Assembly: GCA_000320545.1 (NCBI GenBank)
Contig: ADNK01001813.1
Location: 1-37,135, forward strand
Reading direction: 5' to 3'
Origin: Bigelowiella natans CCMP2755
Lineage: Eukaryota; Protista; Cercozoa
DNA: 37,135 nucleotides
Part shown: positions 1 through 22,638 of the stretch, piece after piece
Layout of the letters: each line of letters opens with the position of its first letter
Numbering within the stretch: the stretch's first letter is position 1
The notes under the pieces: generated by a model
The model's input: only the letters and a program-made list of their open reading frames with translations
Databases searched by the model: none
What the model was told of the DNA's origin: nothing
Made by a program: the position numbers and the translations under genes

Positions 1-9
1 ATGCTTCAT

Positions 10-358
10 GGCACCTGTACACCTCTAGCTCACCAATTATGTTTTGAAGATGCTCGTTTAAAGCCAAGTCCCGAGCAAATGAGCGGCGTATTTCAGAAAA
101 TCTTTTATAGGGGAAGAATGTCATTGAGGACTACTAAAGTTGGGAATATAAATATTTATGATTAAACAACTAAAATGTAAAACTAGATATTTATTGCGTG
201 CTAGGATAAACATTAATATGATGCTGAGGTGTGTAAGGATGTCTCGGGCATGCCTGGTTTGTCCATATTCTTTTTCATTGCTTCAATAAGCGCTTTGATG
301 TTCTTTTCTGTCGCAAGTTTCTCAGCCTTTTGAGTAGAGTATGGATAATGATTCAAAG
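10..358 (-). pseudogene. Degenerate ARM/armadillo-repeat-like gene fragment (2 exons)
   Basis: Exon 358-254 reads LNHYPYSTQKAEKLATEKNIKALIEAMKKNMDKP. A GC-AG intron (253-102) follows. The exon from 101 reads DFLKYAAHLLG, then a stop in frame; a 1-nt shift restores LALNEHLQNIIGEL and a second shift gives GVQV, an ARM-like pattern. Confidence 0.45.
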
Positions 359-663
359 CTATCTATATCATATGGAGAGCCCTTTCAGTAAAAGGGAGAA
401 CATAATCTCGATGAACGATACAATTTTAATATTGTTTGTTAATTATTTCAAACGTTATGGGACATGGGGGCACATAGAGAGATTATAGCAGCAGCAGCCG
501 CAGTAGAAGACTGCATTAGCAATCTTTTGGCAATGTGATTGCTATCATTTCTCTCCCGACAAAGGCCATTCATTAGCATTGGTGCAGCTCCAGAGCTATC
601 ATCGTTAGCACCATGCGCACTCTCATGATGATCGCATTGCAACTACTCAAAGCAAGTTAGCAC

Positions 664-2652
664 CTAAGGTCCGCTCGGTCTTTCCGAACCACGTGGCCGC
701 GATCAGAGGGGGGGGGTTGACGAAGAAGGGCTGGGCGAGCGACGCAACCAGCTGGCCAGCGAGCACGCAAGGGAACTCCGCGTCTGATATGACCCGATGG
801 CCTAAGCAGCGAATGGAGTTTCCGAGCACTTGCAGCCATGCCCCAACCTGAGGTGGTGGTGGTGGGCAGGCAGCGTGGACACGACGCAATGTATGGAGAG
901 GAGGGTGGGGGCGATGATTTCGCATTAATGGAGATGTGAATGGTAAACATCCAATACTCACAACGTCCACACACACACTCACTCACTCACTCACTCACAC
1001 ACATACACACTTGCATACATCTGCCCCCCCCACCCCCCCCCCTCCCACACTCCCCAATGCTGCCGCATACTACCAGGATGCCAGAGCGCAGTCCGTACTT
1101 CTCCACGAACCGAGAGGACGGGAAGGAAAATATTATGTAAGCCAGGAAGAAGAACGCGACTAAGTGCCCCAGATTCACCTGCGAAAAACGTCCAATGTTA
1201 CGAAGACACGCTCTCTTCATGCAGTGTATATGCTTCCACCAAACCAAAGCCGCAGCCACCACCTTGGGAACTACTGCTGTCGTTTGGGCATTGCGCCGCG
1301 CTAATCTCTATCTGTGCATTATATCGAAAATAGTTGCCGTAGTTGTTAATGTTTGGCGTTACGTCAGTGCCGTAGTAGAGCTTGGACGCGGAACTGATAG
1401 GCGCGAACGTGAAGCACACGACGTTGTTGAAGAGCGACAACAAGGAGAATATGGACAATATCCACCAGCGCTGCCAGTATAGCCTGATCGCAGATGAACA
1501 TCGGTTAGCTCATCGGATATCATCATCTTCAGCACGCTGTCGGCTGTTGTTATAGCTTCAGGCGACGGCACACAATGAGCGAAGAAATGTACTTGTATTT
1601 CGGCTCGACATGCTGCGGCGTCCGCAGGTTCATCTTGTGAACGGCCTTGGCGATCTCTCCGCGAAGTTCCTGTATCATAAGGTTGTTGTTGCATTCAGAC
1701 GATGGAGCCCTCTGCTAGTAGCCTCTCTAGGCGAAGGCCCAAAAAACGGAGAACGCCAGGGAAGGAAAGCATACATGAAAAGAGAAACGAGAGAAAAGCG
1801 GTGAATCAACCTTCAGTACTGGGTCATCGTGAATGGCGATAGGAGTCGATTGGGAGGAGGTGGGAGTTTGATGGTAATAAGGGCTGCTCTGCGCCGAACC
1901 ATCGAAACCCTCAACCTGCAAGCGTCGCTCCAGCTTCTTTACGATGCTTTGCATTGCCTTGTTGTTTATTATATTCATCATTCTTGGAATCAGCCGCAGC
2001 GTATGAGGAGGAGAAGGGGGGGGGGCGCATTTTTGTGGCAAAATGGTCAAATTTAACAGGCATGTATATTGTAGTACCTGGGCATTGAGGGCGACAAACA
2101 ACTGCAGCGCTCGCACATCGTCCTATTGTTATGTGTACGTCAAATATACAACGGGGTGGGTAGATGTCCCGTATCGGGTTGTGATGCAAAAGTATTTCAG
2201 AGCAACATCTGTGATTTCATCGTTCGGTGCGTCCGTAAGATTTGCCATTGTAGCATGGAAAACAGGTAACATTTTCAACAAACATCCATCCAAAACTTGA
2301 TTATCCGTTTTTGTGTATTTGTACCTCTGCGTCCTCAAGAGCTTGCGCCAACTTATTGTCGGGGAGTCTCATCACCCGCTTTAGCACTTCAATATACCCA
2401 TGCGCATATAACTCTTTGACCTACGGGATGTAGAGACGCCAGGTAAATACATGACCGTGTCGCGACTGAAACTTTGTGGTTTTGTTTCCGATCATTCCGC
2501 GAATTATATCTACTACGAAAATAGAAATCGCGACAGTTTTTGGGGTTATGATTTGATTGAATAACGTTCCATCTTGGTTTTTAAAGGTAGGGTGGTTTTC
2601 TGACCCTTCGGAACTCTCTCTTTACAAGGCCCTTCACTTCGGCGAGGTTGTC
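664..2652 (-). CDS. SPX-like domain fused to FLVCR/SLC49-type MFS transporter (partial; start and C-terminal helices not resolved)
   Basis: Phase-consistent GT-AG exons: 2652-2605, 2420-2325, 2122-2078, 1957-1811, 1711-1593, 1483-1363, 1178-1074, 847-664. SPX-like motifs: VKREFRRVKELYAHGYIE and LQLFVALNAQAMQSIVKKLERR. FLVCR-like motifs: YKLYWQRWWILSIFSLLSLFNNVVCFTFAPIS, FVEKYGLRSGIL, GQLVASLAQPFFVNPPPLIAATWFGKTERTL. Further 5' exons probably lie in ~2840-3350. Confidence 0.8.
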
Positions 2653-3501
2653 CTGTGAGGGGAGGGTTTGGCAAAAGCTTTCGTTGTCATCTCTAAACTT
2701 CGTGTTTGCTTATCACGAGGGAGGCAATCAATCGTAACGGGATACGATATGTATATATTAGTACTTTAACCCACACTTTGCATAAACCTTTGATACACGG
2801 CAAATTTTGTTGTTACAGTATTTCGAGAGACTATATACCTCAGAGTCCACACGGGTCAAGCCTGCTTACAATGCAACATTGATAAGTAAGGGCCATACTG
2901 CAGACATTTGGAATATTTATGATACAAATTGTATGACTGCGACGCACCTCTACGCCTCATCGTTCTGTTACGAAGATACCGAGCCTTCGATTTCTCTTAC
3001 TTTGGTGCGAGAGAAATATAACGGATCCTCGAGCACCAGCGCCTCTCCTCAAACCGGCGCTGCAAAGATGTCTTCTGGCTTAATCAAAAAAGCACCTTGA
3101 AGAGGAAAGTCTCCTCAGAAGAGTCCTCCTGATTGAACGTGGTATCCTTTTATCGAAAAATGATGAGGGTAGTACCGTTAAATGCTAAGCAAAAACCGTA
3201 TCTGAACCTCACACGCCCACTCTACCATGAATTTCCTTCCCGGAGATTTTTATCTCAGAGGTTATGAACTTACTTTCTCGTAAATGCGTCGACCAAGGAC
3301 GGCAGGGCGTGGGAACGGAGGGGCCCGGAGGAGGGGAGGTGGGGCAAACTAAAAGTAGCTGTTTGTATTCCTCCTTTTGCCAAAATGGTGGAAACGAATG
3401 CGGTTTTTATATTACGTCAAGAAATATAACCTTGTCGTAATTTTATTTTCAATGCGAGCGTCGAACGGAAATACCCCTTCTCGGTAAATTTCTTCGCTCC
3501 A

Positions 3502-5743
3502 ATGGGGCCGGTGACAAAGAACCTGCTGCTGCTAGCAGCCATCGCTCGGTGCGCGATCCTCGATTTCGAGGACATTGGTGGTGTACCTGGTATAATTTGA
3601 ATGTATTTACTATCGTAAATGTAGACGACCGGCCGGAGAAAAGGGATTGGGACGTGGAAGGGAAGGGGGGGGTTTCGGAAGATACATGGAAACCCTTCTT
3701 CACCCAAAATATGCATCTTGTCCTTTGTTGGATATACGAAGGATACAGTGTTTATCAATAATGCATGATACAAAGGGTTTTCGGTGAAGAATATGGATTG
3801 AATGTTTAAATGTGAAGACTGAGACGATATTCTTCGGGGTTTCTAGTAAAATATCTTCTTTCCATGGCGCAGATTTCGAACATCATCATACAGCGTCCGT
3901 ATTCTTCACCTTTTAAATTCCGCATATCAGACTCAAGTTCGCTAGACACTGTGGTGAAAAACGGGCGCCTACTGAACCAAACTCTCAACAACGCCACTTT
4001 TCTCCCCGGGGACGTTCTCGTGTTCCCAAACAAGACCTTCCACATCATGGGAGGTATTATTGCCGACAACCTGGACTCCGTGACGATTTCCTTCGACGGG
4101 ACCATCGTACTATCGAACGATTTGAAGCATTGGCCGAGGAGTAGTGGTAGCAAAGTACTGGAGTGCTTTCTCTTCAACAACGCCAAAAACTTGACTCTCA
4201 CCTCGTCCGGCAAAGGCTTGATCGACGGCAATGGCGGAAAGTGGTGGGGAATTCCCGGTATCGGTTATCTTGTTAGGCAGGAAAACCGACCCCGTCTTAT
4301 GCGATTCGAGTATTGTTCCGACTTGACAGTTGAGAACCTGATTCTCAAGAATTCGCCATATTGGACCTTCTTCGCTGGCCAAGTCAACGGCCTTACGGTA
4401 CGCGCACTCTCGCAGCGAGCTGATTTCCTTTTTGTTCATTCGCTATTCTTTTCGAACGGATAAGAATAGAAGGAAGAAGACATTCTCTTGAGTGAATACG
4501 ACGAGATTCTAAATGCTCACTTGCTGGAATCTTCGCTGTTTGTTGGCTCACTCTCTTAGGTTCGATACACGGATATCGATGTCCGCCGCACGAATATAGA
4601 CAGGCACGATATCATTGACCTCACAGCCTTCAACACGGACGGTTTTGATGTGACTGGAAGGAACGTACATATTCACGACTGCAACGTTTGGAACCAGGAC
4701 GACTCCATCGCGGTGAGCAGAGATGCTGCTTGATTCATGTGATGAATAAACCGGAATGCAAATGTAGCCTCGTCCGATCGAAGAAATAACAGATAAGATA
4801 ATTATAGTTCTCCACCGTGTACTCATTTTCTTCTTGCCCGTGCCCCGAGGCTCATGCTCACTACCATTGTCGCCACCCGCACACTTACCCACTCACTCAC
4901 TCGTCTTCCCAATAGGTCAAGGATGATTCTCAGGACATGCTTTTCGAAAGGGTAAATGTGAGTGGCTTGGGCCTGGCAATTGGCTCGATTTCAGGATCGA
5001 TCGTGCGCAATATAACGTTCCGCGACTGCTATCTTCACCATACGTTCAAAGGCATCTACATGAAATTTCGCGACGGAGAGAAACCCGGATTCGTGGAGGA
5101 TATCACCTACGAGAATATTGTCATGGACGAGCCCGAACAGTTAAAAACCAAAATAACTTATAGATATGCTTTTAAGAAATGAAAATAAACATAGCCTTCC
5201 TTCGCGCACCGTTGGTGCTGTGTTTGCCGTGCGACTGGGGTCTAATCCTCTTATACAGAGAAGATTGATCGGTTTGCAGTAGCTAACTATCTCCTAGTGT
5301 ATATGGAAACAAATGCCTTTTTATCCAGTCACTGTAGCATATGCACAAACAATACAACCACACAAGCAGCACACAGCCACACGTACAATAACAGGTGGCC
5401 AATTTGGATCGGACCGGCGCAGCAGAGCGACTCAAACAATTTGTGTGCCGCCCACCCATGCTCAATTTGCTGGCCGCATTTCGATTTCAAGTGCAACATG
5501 CCAAAAGCTGCGCTGTACCGGAATGTGACTCTTCGCAACGTGCTCATTAACAACCCGAAATCTAGCCCCGGCGTCATTCTAGGGAACGCTGACAACCCGA
5601 TGCAAAACATCCTTTTCGATAACGTAGTCGTCAAGGGAGCGAAGAAAGGCTCGGAAGACTATCACACGTGCGTTGGATCCCAGGGCATAGCCACGGGGGG
5701 TACTTATCCTGTCCCCAATTGCTTTAAGGAGGTTGATAATTGA
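3502..5743 (+). CDS. Secreted glycoside hydrolase family 28 (polygalacturonase-like), 5 exons
   Basis: Exons 3502-3589, 3931-4397, 4560-4712, 4916-5139, 5395-5743. Signal peptide MGPVTKNLLLLAAIARC. GH28 motifs IDGNGGKWW, RPRLM, NSPYWT, FNTDGFD, NQDDSIAVK, GLAIGS, NITF. Confidence 0.92.
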
Positions 5744-5879
5744 TTCAGAACTAAGTTGCCTTCATCCAAAATGATACAGAGATCGAAAGAATTTCAGCTA
5801 ACAATGCATGAAGCTCACTGTTTGGTATAATTCCGCGAACGATGTCTCACAACGCCACTGCGCACATTTGCCTCCTACT

Positions 5880-6600
5880 TGTGCCATCCACGCTAGTACG
5901 ATGTAGATGGTAGGGTTGCATCAATAGAAGTAAATCTAGCCATCATCAAATAAACCTGTTGTCGATATGCAACGAACATTATGTAGTCGCCCATGCATTA
6001 TCTAGATTATGCTGCACAACTCTAGACTTGTTTGTATGACAATCTAGCAATGTTATGCGCTCGCATTTTAGCAAAATCTTCACATTTCATATGTTAAGTA
6101 GCATCAGAAATTCTCGAATTGTCATCACAGGCTAGCAGGTTGTTGGGTTGTGAGAGCCTACATATAAGGGCTCTCTCGGTTGCGAGCTATATTTCTAGGC
6201 TAGTTTATTATTACTGCTTAGATGTGTGAATCATACTGCGACTAGCTAGCTAGCTAGCTGTGCTAATAGTGTGTTTAAAACATGCTAGCATGTAATGAGT
6301 ACTGTGTATCGCCTTTGTTCGCATCGGATCGCAAAAAATACAGTGTTGGGGATGTATACTCATTAAAAAGGGTAGCAGCACGCAGCTAGAGATCTAGTAT
6401 AGTTAAGGACGGCAAGCGTGGTTTTTCATGTTAATTTTTAGGTGTTTGAATTGTTCATGCACCTTGACATTTTCTACAGATTTTATAACACAAAATAGGT
6501 ACTTTTGTATGTACATCTTATTCGAGGTCCTCGTGCGTGTGTACATTAAAAACATGCAAAGGCTAGCTAGATGGCTGGGATGATGACTAATTTAGTGATA
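5880..6600. repeat. CTAG/CATG-rich palindromic intergenic tract
   Basis: (CTAG)n run at ~6242-6259, CATGCTAGCATG at 6281-6292, many TCTAGA/GCTAGC sites. Lies between converging 3' ends. Confidence 0.7.
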
Positions 6601-6677
6601 ATAGGAAATGCCAATGGAAGTGGTTTCTCGTTCTATTTCAGCAGAGCATACGATAGCTAACTACTATCGAGTCCATT

Positions 6678-8576
6678 TTAAAAACTGCCATAGAGTGGCA
6701 TCTGTGAAGTGATCGGCTTCTTATTTTCCTTCCTAAAAAGATTTTAGTGGAACAAGCAAATAACAGACAGATGGGAGATGAAGCATTAAAATTTCCAAGG
6801 TCAAACCGTGAAAAGGGGACATGGCGAATGTATACCTCATACATTTTTCTGGATTCCTCTCATCATATTCAAGAGTAGCTATTGAGTCATCAATTAGGCT
6901 TGACACGGACGGCTTACTACTGCAGTTTCTTCCGTTGTTCGAACAGCAGCAGCACGCACTGCAACCGCAAAGATTGTACACAGGATACCCGGCCCAATAT
7001 ATGACCCACCTCAGCATGGGGAATTGTAAGCACCTATTTGTTAATTATTTTAAAATCAATGCATACCTATTTCTTATATTCATCTTGAACAATAAATATC
7101 GCTCATCTAAGCCTCAGACAGTTTCATTCTTCAAACATCGAATGATTTGCCACTCGTCGAAACGCAAAAACTAAAATTGGAATCAAATACGTCTTGACGA
7201 CGCAATGGTACTCACCACTGGTCTGCATCATCATCGATTGCGACGGATCTGTTTGTCCAGGAAGAAGTTGTGGAGTCAGGTGTCGTCGATTCTTTCTTCC
7301 CAAGAGAACGACTTCTTTGCCGCCGCTGTCGTTTTGACTCACGCCGAGGTTGATGGATCCTTGGCATTGCCTAATGATCCCTGAGTAACAAATTTTGAAT
7401 ATATTTCGCTCGATCTTCAAATATAGGTGAGATAGGGGCTTGTTGATTCGCATGGGGTGTTCGCAAAGCCGAAAGGGAGGTTGACTCGGGCACTTAAAAC
7501 CGGACATAATGAATCTCTACAACGGATAGAATGGACACGGTTATCGCATCTATTGTCCCGTGTATCCATCCTCGATCAAAAGCCCGATTGCTCTGTACAG
7601 GACTTATTGAAATTTGGACAGCTAGATACGACCTAGGAATGGAGTCCGAGTTCCGAACGAAAGACAACGAACGGAAGGAGGCGGCGACGTACTGGTCCCG
7701 ATTCTCAGGAAAGATGGCACAAATGTGTTGTCGCAACGGAAAATGAGAGCTAATTTAATATAGATATATTTTCATCTGGACAATATCGTAAGCAATTATT
7801 TTTTTAAACCGAGGTTTTTGGAAAAACAGAGTAAACAGTATAAGCACCTCCAGATCTAGATTCTCTTCTTCGAAGTTCTCAGGGCTAAAAAATATCCCTC
7901 TATCCATAATTCTGCAATATTATTCTTTAGATGTTCTTGGGATGATATTTAATCCAAGATGGACTTATATTTCGGCATCGAAAGCAGACGTTGCCACCAC
8001 GTGACGATGAAAAGGCATCTGTCCCTCCAATTTAAGACCTGATTTCCCGTATAGTTCAGTACTTTCCAGTGTCCTCGGGTAATATATTGCATGCTAATTT
8101 TGATTTGCATAGATAAATAATGATGTCGCTATAAATAATTATCATGTTTTAAATGGCCGAAAAGTACCTCGAATCGTGAGTTGTGTTTGGTTGTCCTCGT
8201 TACCATTCCAATGACTTTCCTAGTTGCGATTATTCAGCCTACCTTTGTTTTGTATATGCGACAGCTTTAATTCTCCCGAAATTCCCTTCAACGCAGGGGA
8301 TAAAACCAATATTGCCTTTGAGAATTTTTGTTCGTTGCTCCTAAAGCCTGCAATGCACATCAATTCGCATGATGTAATTTGACAAAAGGAAGATAATTAT
8401 ACACAAAGACAACGCTTTGGGGGCTTAAATATGTCAAAAGCAACTCATCTCTTCAAGTAGAATCAAACTTCCATAATCTGACCTGACTCCGAATGACGGA
8501 TCTCCGGTTTGCACTCGTACACCAATGGACCACAGCACGTTGCCCTTAAGCATGAGCCTTCCCATGAACAAAACAT
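6678..8576 (-). CDS. Hypothetical multi-exon protein with Cys-rich segments near both ends
   Basis: Spliced reading: MFCSWEGSCLRATCCGPLVYEC...EQRTKILKGNIGFIPCVEG...WRDRCLFIVTWWQRLLSMPKYKIMDRGIFFSPENFEEENLDLE...DQWCLQFPMLRWVIYWAGYPVYNLCGCSACCCC...PLYGSF*. Exons in 7390-7750 are unresolved. Confidence 0.5.
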
Positions 8577-8661
8577 CCTAAACGGATCTTGATTTGATAG
8601 GTGATGTTGCAATCTGCGACTGTAGTTCAAGAAACGTGAGGAGAAGATAGAATTTCTGATC

Positions 8662-18715
<10,054 letters not shown>

Positions 18716-19389
18716 TAAAGATAGAGTAGCATAGTTAATCATCACAAGCATCATGGACGAAAGCGATGAGAGCTCTGTATCGTTTTCGAAAGGAAACACA
18801 CCCGAGTTTCGCTGGCCATGATGTAGAGCAGGGTTCATCTTTTTCATCATTTTTAACGACGAAAAATACCCTTTATTGTGCTCAGCAGTAGTAGAGTAAT
18901 GATAGACCCACTCCAGCTTATGCCCACTAACATGTCAAAAATGTTTGCTGTATGACTGTTGCACCAGATGTTTACGGTACGGAACAATGACGAAGACGCG
19001 GCAGGATTAAGGAGCAGCGTTCGAATATTTTCGAGAGTATGGCAGACAAGATTGTAATAATTATAGATTATCTTGAATGCGATATTCAAAGTCGGTTGAT
19101 ATAGCATTTCAGCCAGTATTTAAATCATGGAAGTTTGAAAGATAAAGCAACATCTAGCGGTTTGTTGCACTCGGGCACTGAGCTGAGAATTATAAGTCAG
19201 TAGCCTTTCAAATTAGAATAGCCTCGTGGGTACGAATACTTCGTTCCACGACAATGCATATTTATAAATGTATTATAATTAATCAGATGTTTGGTTTGAT
19301 GTGTACAACGCATGCAATGCCTCCTATGACTTTGGTATGCGTTATAATTTAGGACATTTCACCTGCATGTAGTAGGAGCTTGAAATTTG

Positions 19390-20125
19390 CTTAAGATTGA
19401 GCAACATCTCTAGATCTACGTAAATACAAGCTTGTGTCTAGCTAGCTAGCTAGCTAGCTAGCTAGATGTAGATCTAGAGATCATGCTGCAACTGCAAACC
19501 AGCATCATCTAGATCATGCCGTCTAGCCGTCTAGCCGTGCCGATTGCAGCAAGCGCAGCACACCTAGAGAAATTCATGATTTGAACATGCTGGCATGTGT
19601 CATCATCAAGCTAGCAAGCTAGCAAGAACACATGCACACACGAGCATCACATGTTGAGACACATCATCATCACATCAGCTGCGCTAGTGTAGCTTGCTAG
19701 CTTGTTCTACTAATCTAGGCATTCTAGCTAGCTACAGCTAGATCATTAAGAATCTAAGTCCACAGTGTCGATCTTGCTAGCTTGGCTAGTTGGTCAGTGG
19801 TCACTACCAAGACGTTCCCCATTAGCTAGCTAGCTAGCCCATTTCGTTTCACAGCTTTCTTTGTTGCATTCGTCGAGGACCGTCGTTCTAGACAATCTAG
19901 ACTGAACATGCTAGCATGTAGCATGGTGTCAGCACCATGCAAGTCATGACTGACGTACTCAAAGTGAGTTGCCTCTGTGGTTGAAAGGCAGCTTTGTGTC
20001 TAGTCAAGGTTTAGCAACATGAAAGTTTCTGCTACGCATCTGAACACAATGTACGCAATGTGCAATTGATGTACATCGCATGCTAAACATGTTTCACAAT
20101 CAGTTTAATTGACAGTACTAGCAAG
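19390..20125. repeat. CTAG/CATG-rich palindromic intergenic tract
   Basis: (CTAG)n at ~19438-19465 and ~19823-19838; CATGCTAGCATG at 19907-19918; short tandem duplications (GCCGTCTA, CAAGCTAG). Confidence 0.75.
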
Positions 20126-22584
20126 TGAAACTTCTAATGAAACCTCAACTCCTTCATCGGGAGCGCTCTCTTGGAGGTGACTTCCGCTGAAGATAGATTT
20201 TAGCTGTCCTTTACTGACAGCATTACTGTTTGAGCAATTATCTTGAGTTGTAGCATAGTGTTTACACTTATTCATACTTTCTGAATCATTATGTTTAGAG
20301 TGTATCCCTCTCTGGCTTATGTCCAAAGAAGACTCCTCTGTTAATATTTCAGCCAGTTTAGCTTCTGATGTAGTAAAGTCTGGAACCTACAGAATGAGTT
20401 AATGTCCAGAATTCTTATTAGGTTCATTGTAAGAGATGTAAAAAATACTATCCAACAAGATCCATAAGACAAAAGTTTTAATTAACTTGTGTAGAACCTC
20501 TAAAAAAATTTTTGCTCTTGTTGACAATATTTCTCCAAACAGTTCACGAATTCCAGACGTTTTTATAAATGTGTCCTACAGAAAAAATAATGTTACACAT
20601 TTAAACATCAATACAACAAAACCACGGATCCATACTGTCCGACAATTGACTAAAAACCGTTTTAGATTTGAAAGAAAGAAATTCCGAAGCCATTGCATCT
20701 CTTTGGAAAACGTAGCGACCCAGCTGTTCCTACAATGTGTTCAAATTGGTAGTATGTAGTAAGTAAAAAACAGAGCAAATGACCTTAAACTGATCCTCAA
20801 ACTTTTGAAGACCATCATTACTTAGCATCAAATCCTAAATCAAAAGGGTTCGCTAAGCTTCAACTTAGTTGTGCTCTTGGACTTTACCTCAGAGATCTCA
20901 TAGGCTCTTCTCGCTTTCAATGTAGACATTTCAAGATTAAGAATTCGTTTTCTACTTTCTTCAATTCGCTCTAAATGAAATTATACATGTATAAGGAAAG
21001 GTAAAGAACACATCAAGACTTTCCTACCCAGTCTTCTGACTACTTGTTCCAGATAGCGGGTATGAAAAGATTGCTGTGCGACATTTGATGTCCTCTGCAA
21101 TTGTAGAACACAAATTATTGTTTGAGCAAGGTGGACCTCAAATGAACGTTTCAATTTTATAATTGTTGACTCAGGTGACTCAAATTACATGAATTCTATT
21201 GAACCTATGGACGGTTCGAAATGCCTTGCATAAATAAATATATAATTGATATCAAAGAGAGTAGCAAATGACTGCACAGAAGAAATTACTTTTTCAGAAA
21301 CTTTTGAATGAGAGCCTATGATTGCTAATTGCCTCACAAAATGTTCCCTGGCCCCCAACAGCATATTGGCATAGTGCGCTTTTTCTTTCTGTAGAACATG
21401 ATGTCATGAGAAGATACTAATGCGTTAATCCGTAGATTTTGGTGGTAGTATTACACTTCGTCTCAGTATTATCCTCCAGCCTGTCACAATTTCGTCGAAC
21501 TAAGCGGATGACTTACTTAGAGATGCCTTATACAAATATATTAATTGAAACCTGCTGAAGTATAATTGCAACTTCGACATCCCTTTTTGAGGACTTAAAT
21601 CGAATTTTAGATTTAGCTTATGATGATGTATACTTTAGCAAAACATACCTTCCTCAGATTTACCCTGGCTCTAGTTTTGTCTCTCACTAAACTCCAACCT
21701 GATATTTCGTTTAGTATATTGATGGTTTCCGTTCTCAAAATTATTAACCTTTCGAATGCTTCATCCAATCGCCCTCACACATAATTTCTTCTATGAACGA
21801 ATCTCGTCTGTCACATTCGGCAAATGTAAAACTTCATGACACAATTGCATCAGACTTTCATAAAAACCTTAGATAACCCAGGAACTCCCTTTGTGCATTT
21901 TTAAAAGGACTGCTCCATATCTCCACATCATTCCTGTATTCAAATATTTATGTCTTCGGAGAAAACGAGTTAATGAAAGCGATACCTCCATGAGACCTAT
22001 TATAATTAAAGTTCATTCATTACACTAAAATAAGTCAGGCTCAACACAAGCTGCCTCTCACCCTCCAAATTGAGTTAGTGTAACTTTTAATCCTAGGAGT
22101 AGAAGGTTTCGAATCCAGGGGGATATCTTTCATTAAAAATAAATAAAAAGGTTTTCTATGTACTTCGTCTATCATCAAAATGTGTTATACCTAATAGGTT
22201 CCTCGGTGCAACCCTATCTTTTTCCATGGTATCTTCTTCATTTGCAGTCGTCTTGCTGTCCACCATTTCATTGCCTCTAGGAGTACCTTGGCCCGCTGTG
22301 AAACGATGTAATGCATCATTTTCAAATCTTTCATCTGGAAGCTTCTTGTGATTGGGATGACTGCTACGATCATTATCTCCTTCAGCACCCTTTAATACAG
22401 CACTCATGCCTCTTCCGTTATCACAACGAGAATTGCTTTCCCCGGTCGGAGTGGAAGGGTGATTAAAGCTTACAAACCGAGAGGACCCAAAAACAAACAC
22501 TGCAGGAGAATGGAGTGTTGCAATACCTTGCACAAAAAATTGAAAAAGTAAGCCATTTTCTGGTTGCGACAATGTTAATTTCAT
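20105..22584 (-). CDS. Hypothetical coiled-coil protein, possibly BAR-domain-like; many short introns
   Basis: Low-complexity first exon (22584 or a later ATG, to ~22191). Spliced helical region VAQQSFHTRYLEQVVRRLERIEESRKRILNLEMSTLKARRAYEISEDLMLSNDGLQKFEDQFKEQLGRYVFQRDAMASEFLSFKSKTDTFIKTSGIRELFGEILSTRAKIFLE. Last exon ends at stop 20105-20107. Some middle junctions are unresolved. Confidence 0.6.
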
Positions 22585-22638
22585 ACCGCATCTATTTAAT
22601 GTCGTAGTAAATCAAATTGAAAATCATTATTGTGAACA

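Noticed and set aside
3417-4439. Minus-strand ORFs 3417-3773, 3806-4231 and 4110-4439
   Set aside because: Antisense shadows of GH28 exons and intron 1, with no recognisable motifs.
8220-8242. Apparent 23-nt mini-intron (minus strand) reminiscent of nucleomorph introns
   Set aside because: The same donor joins in frame to an acceptor near 8096, giving an ordinary ~147-nt intron, so the mini-intron is not needed.
19390-20125. Helitron or MITE call for the CTAG-rich tracts
   Set aside because: No clear termini, target-site duplication, terminal inverted repeats or Rep/helicase coding sequence could be identified.
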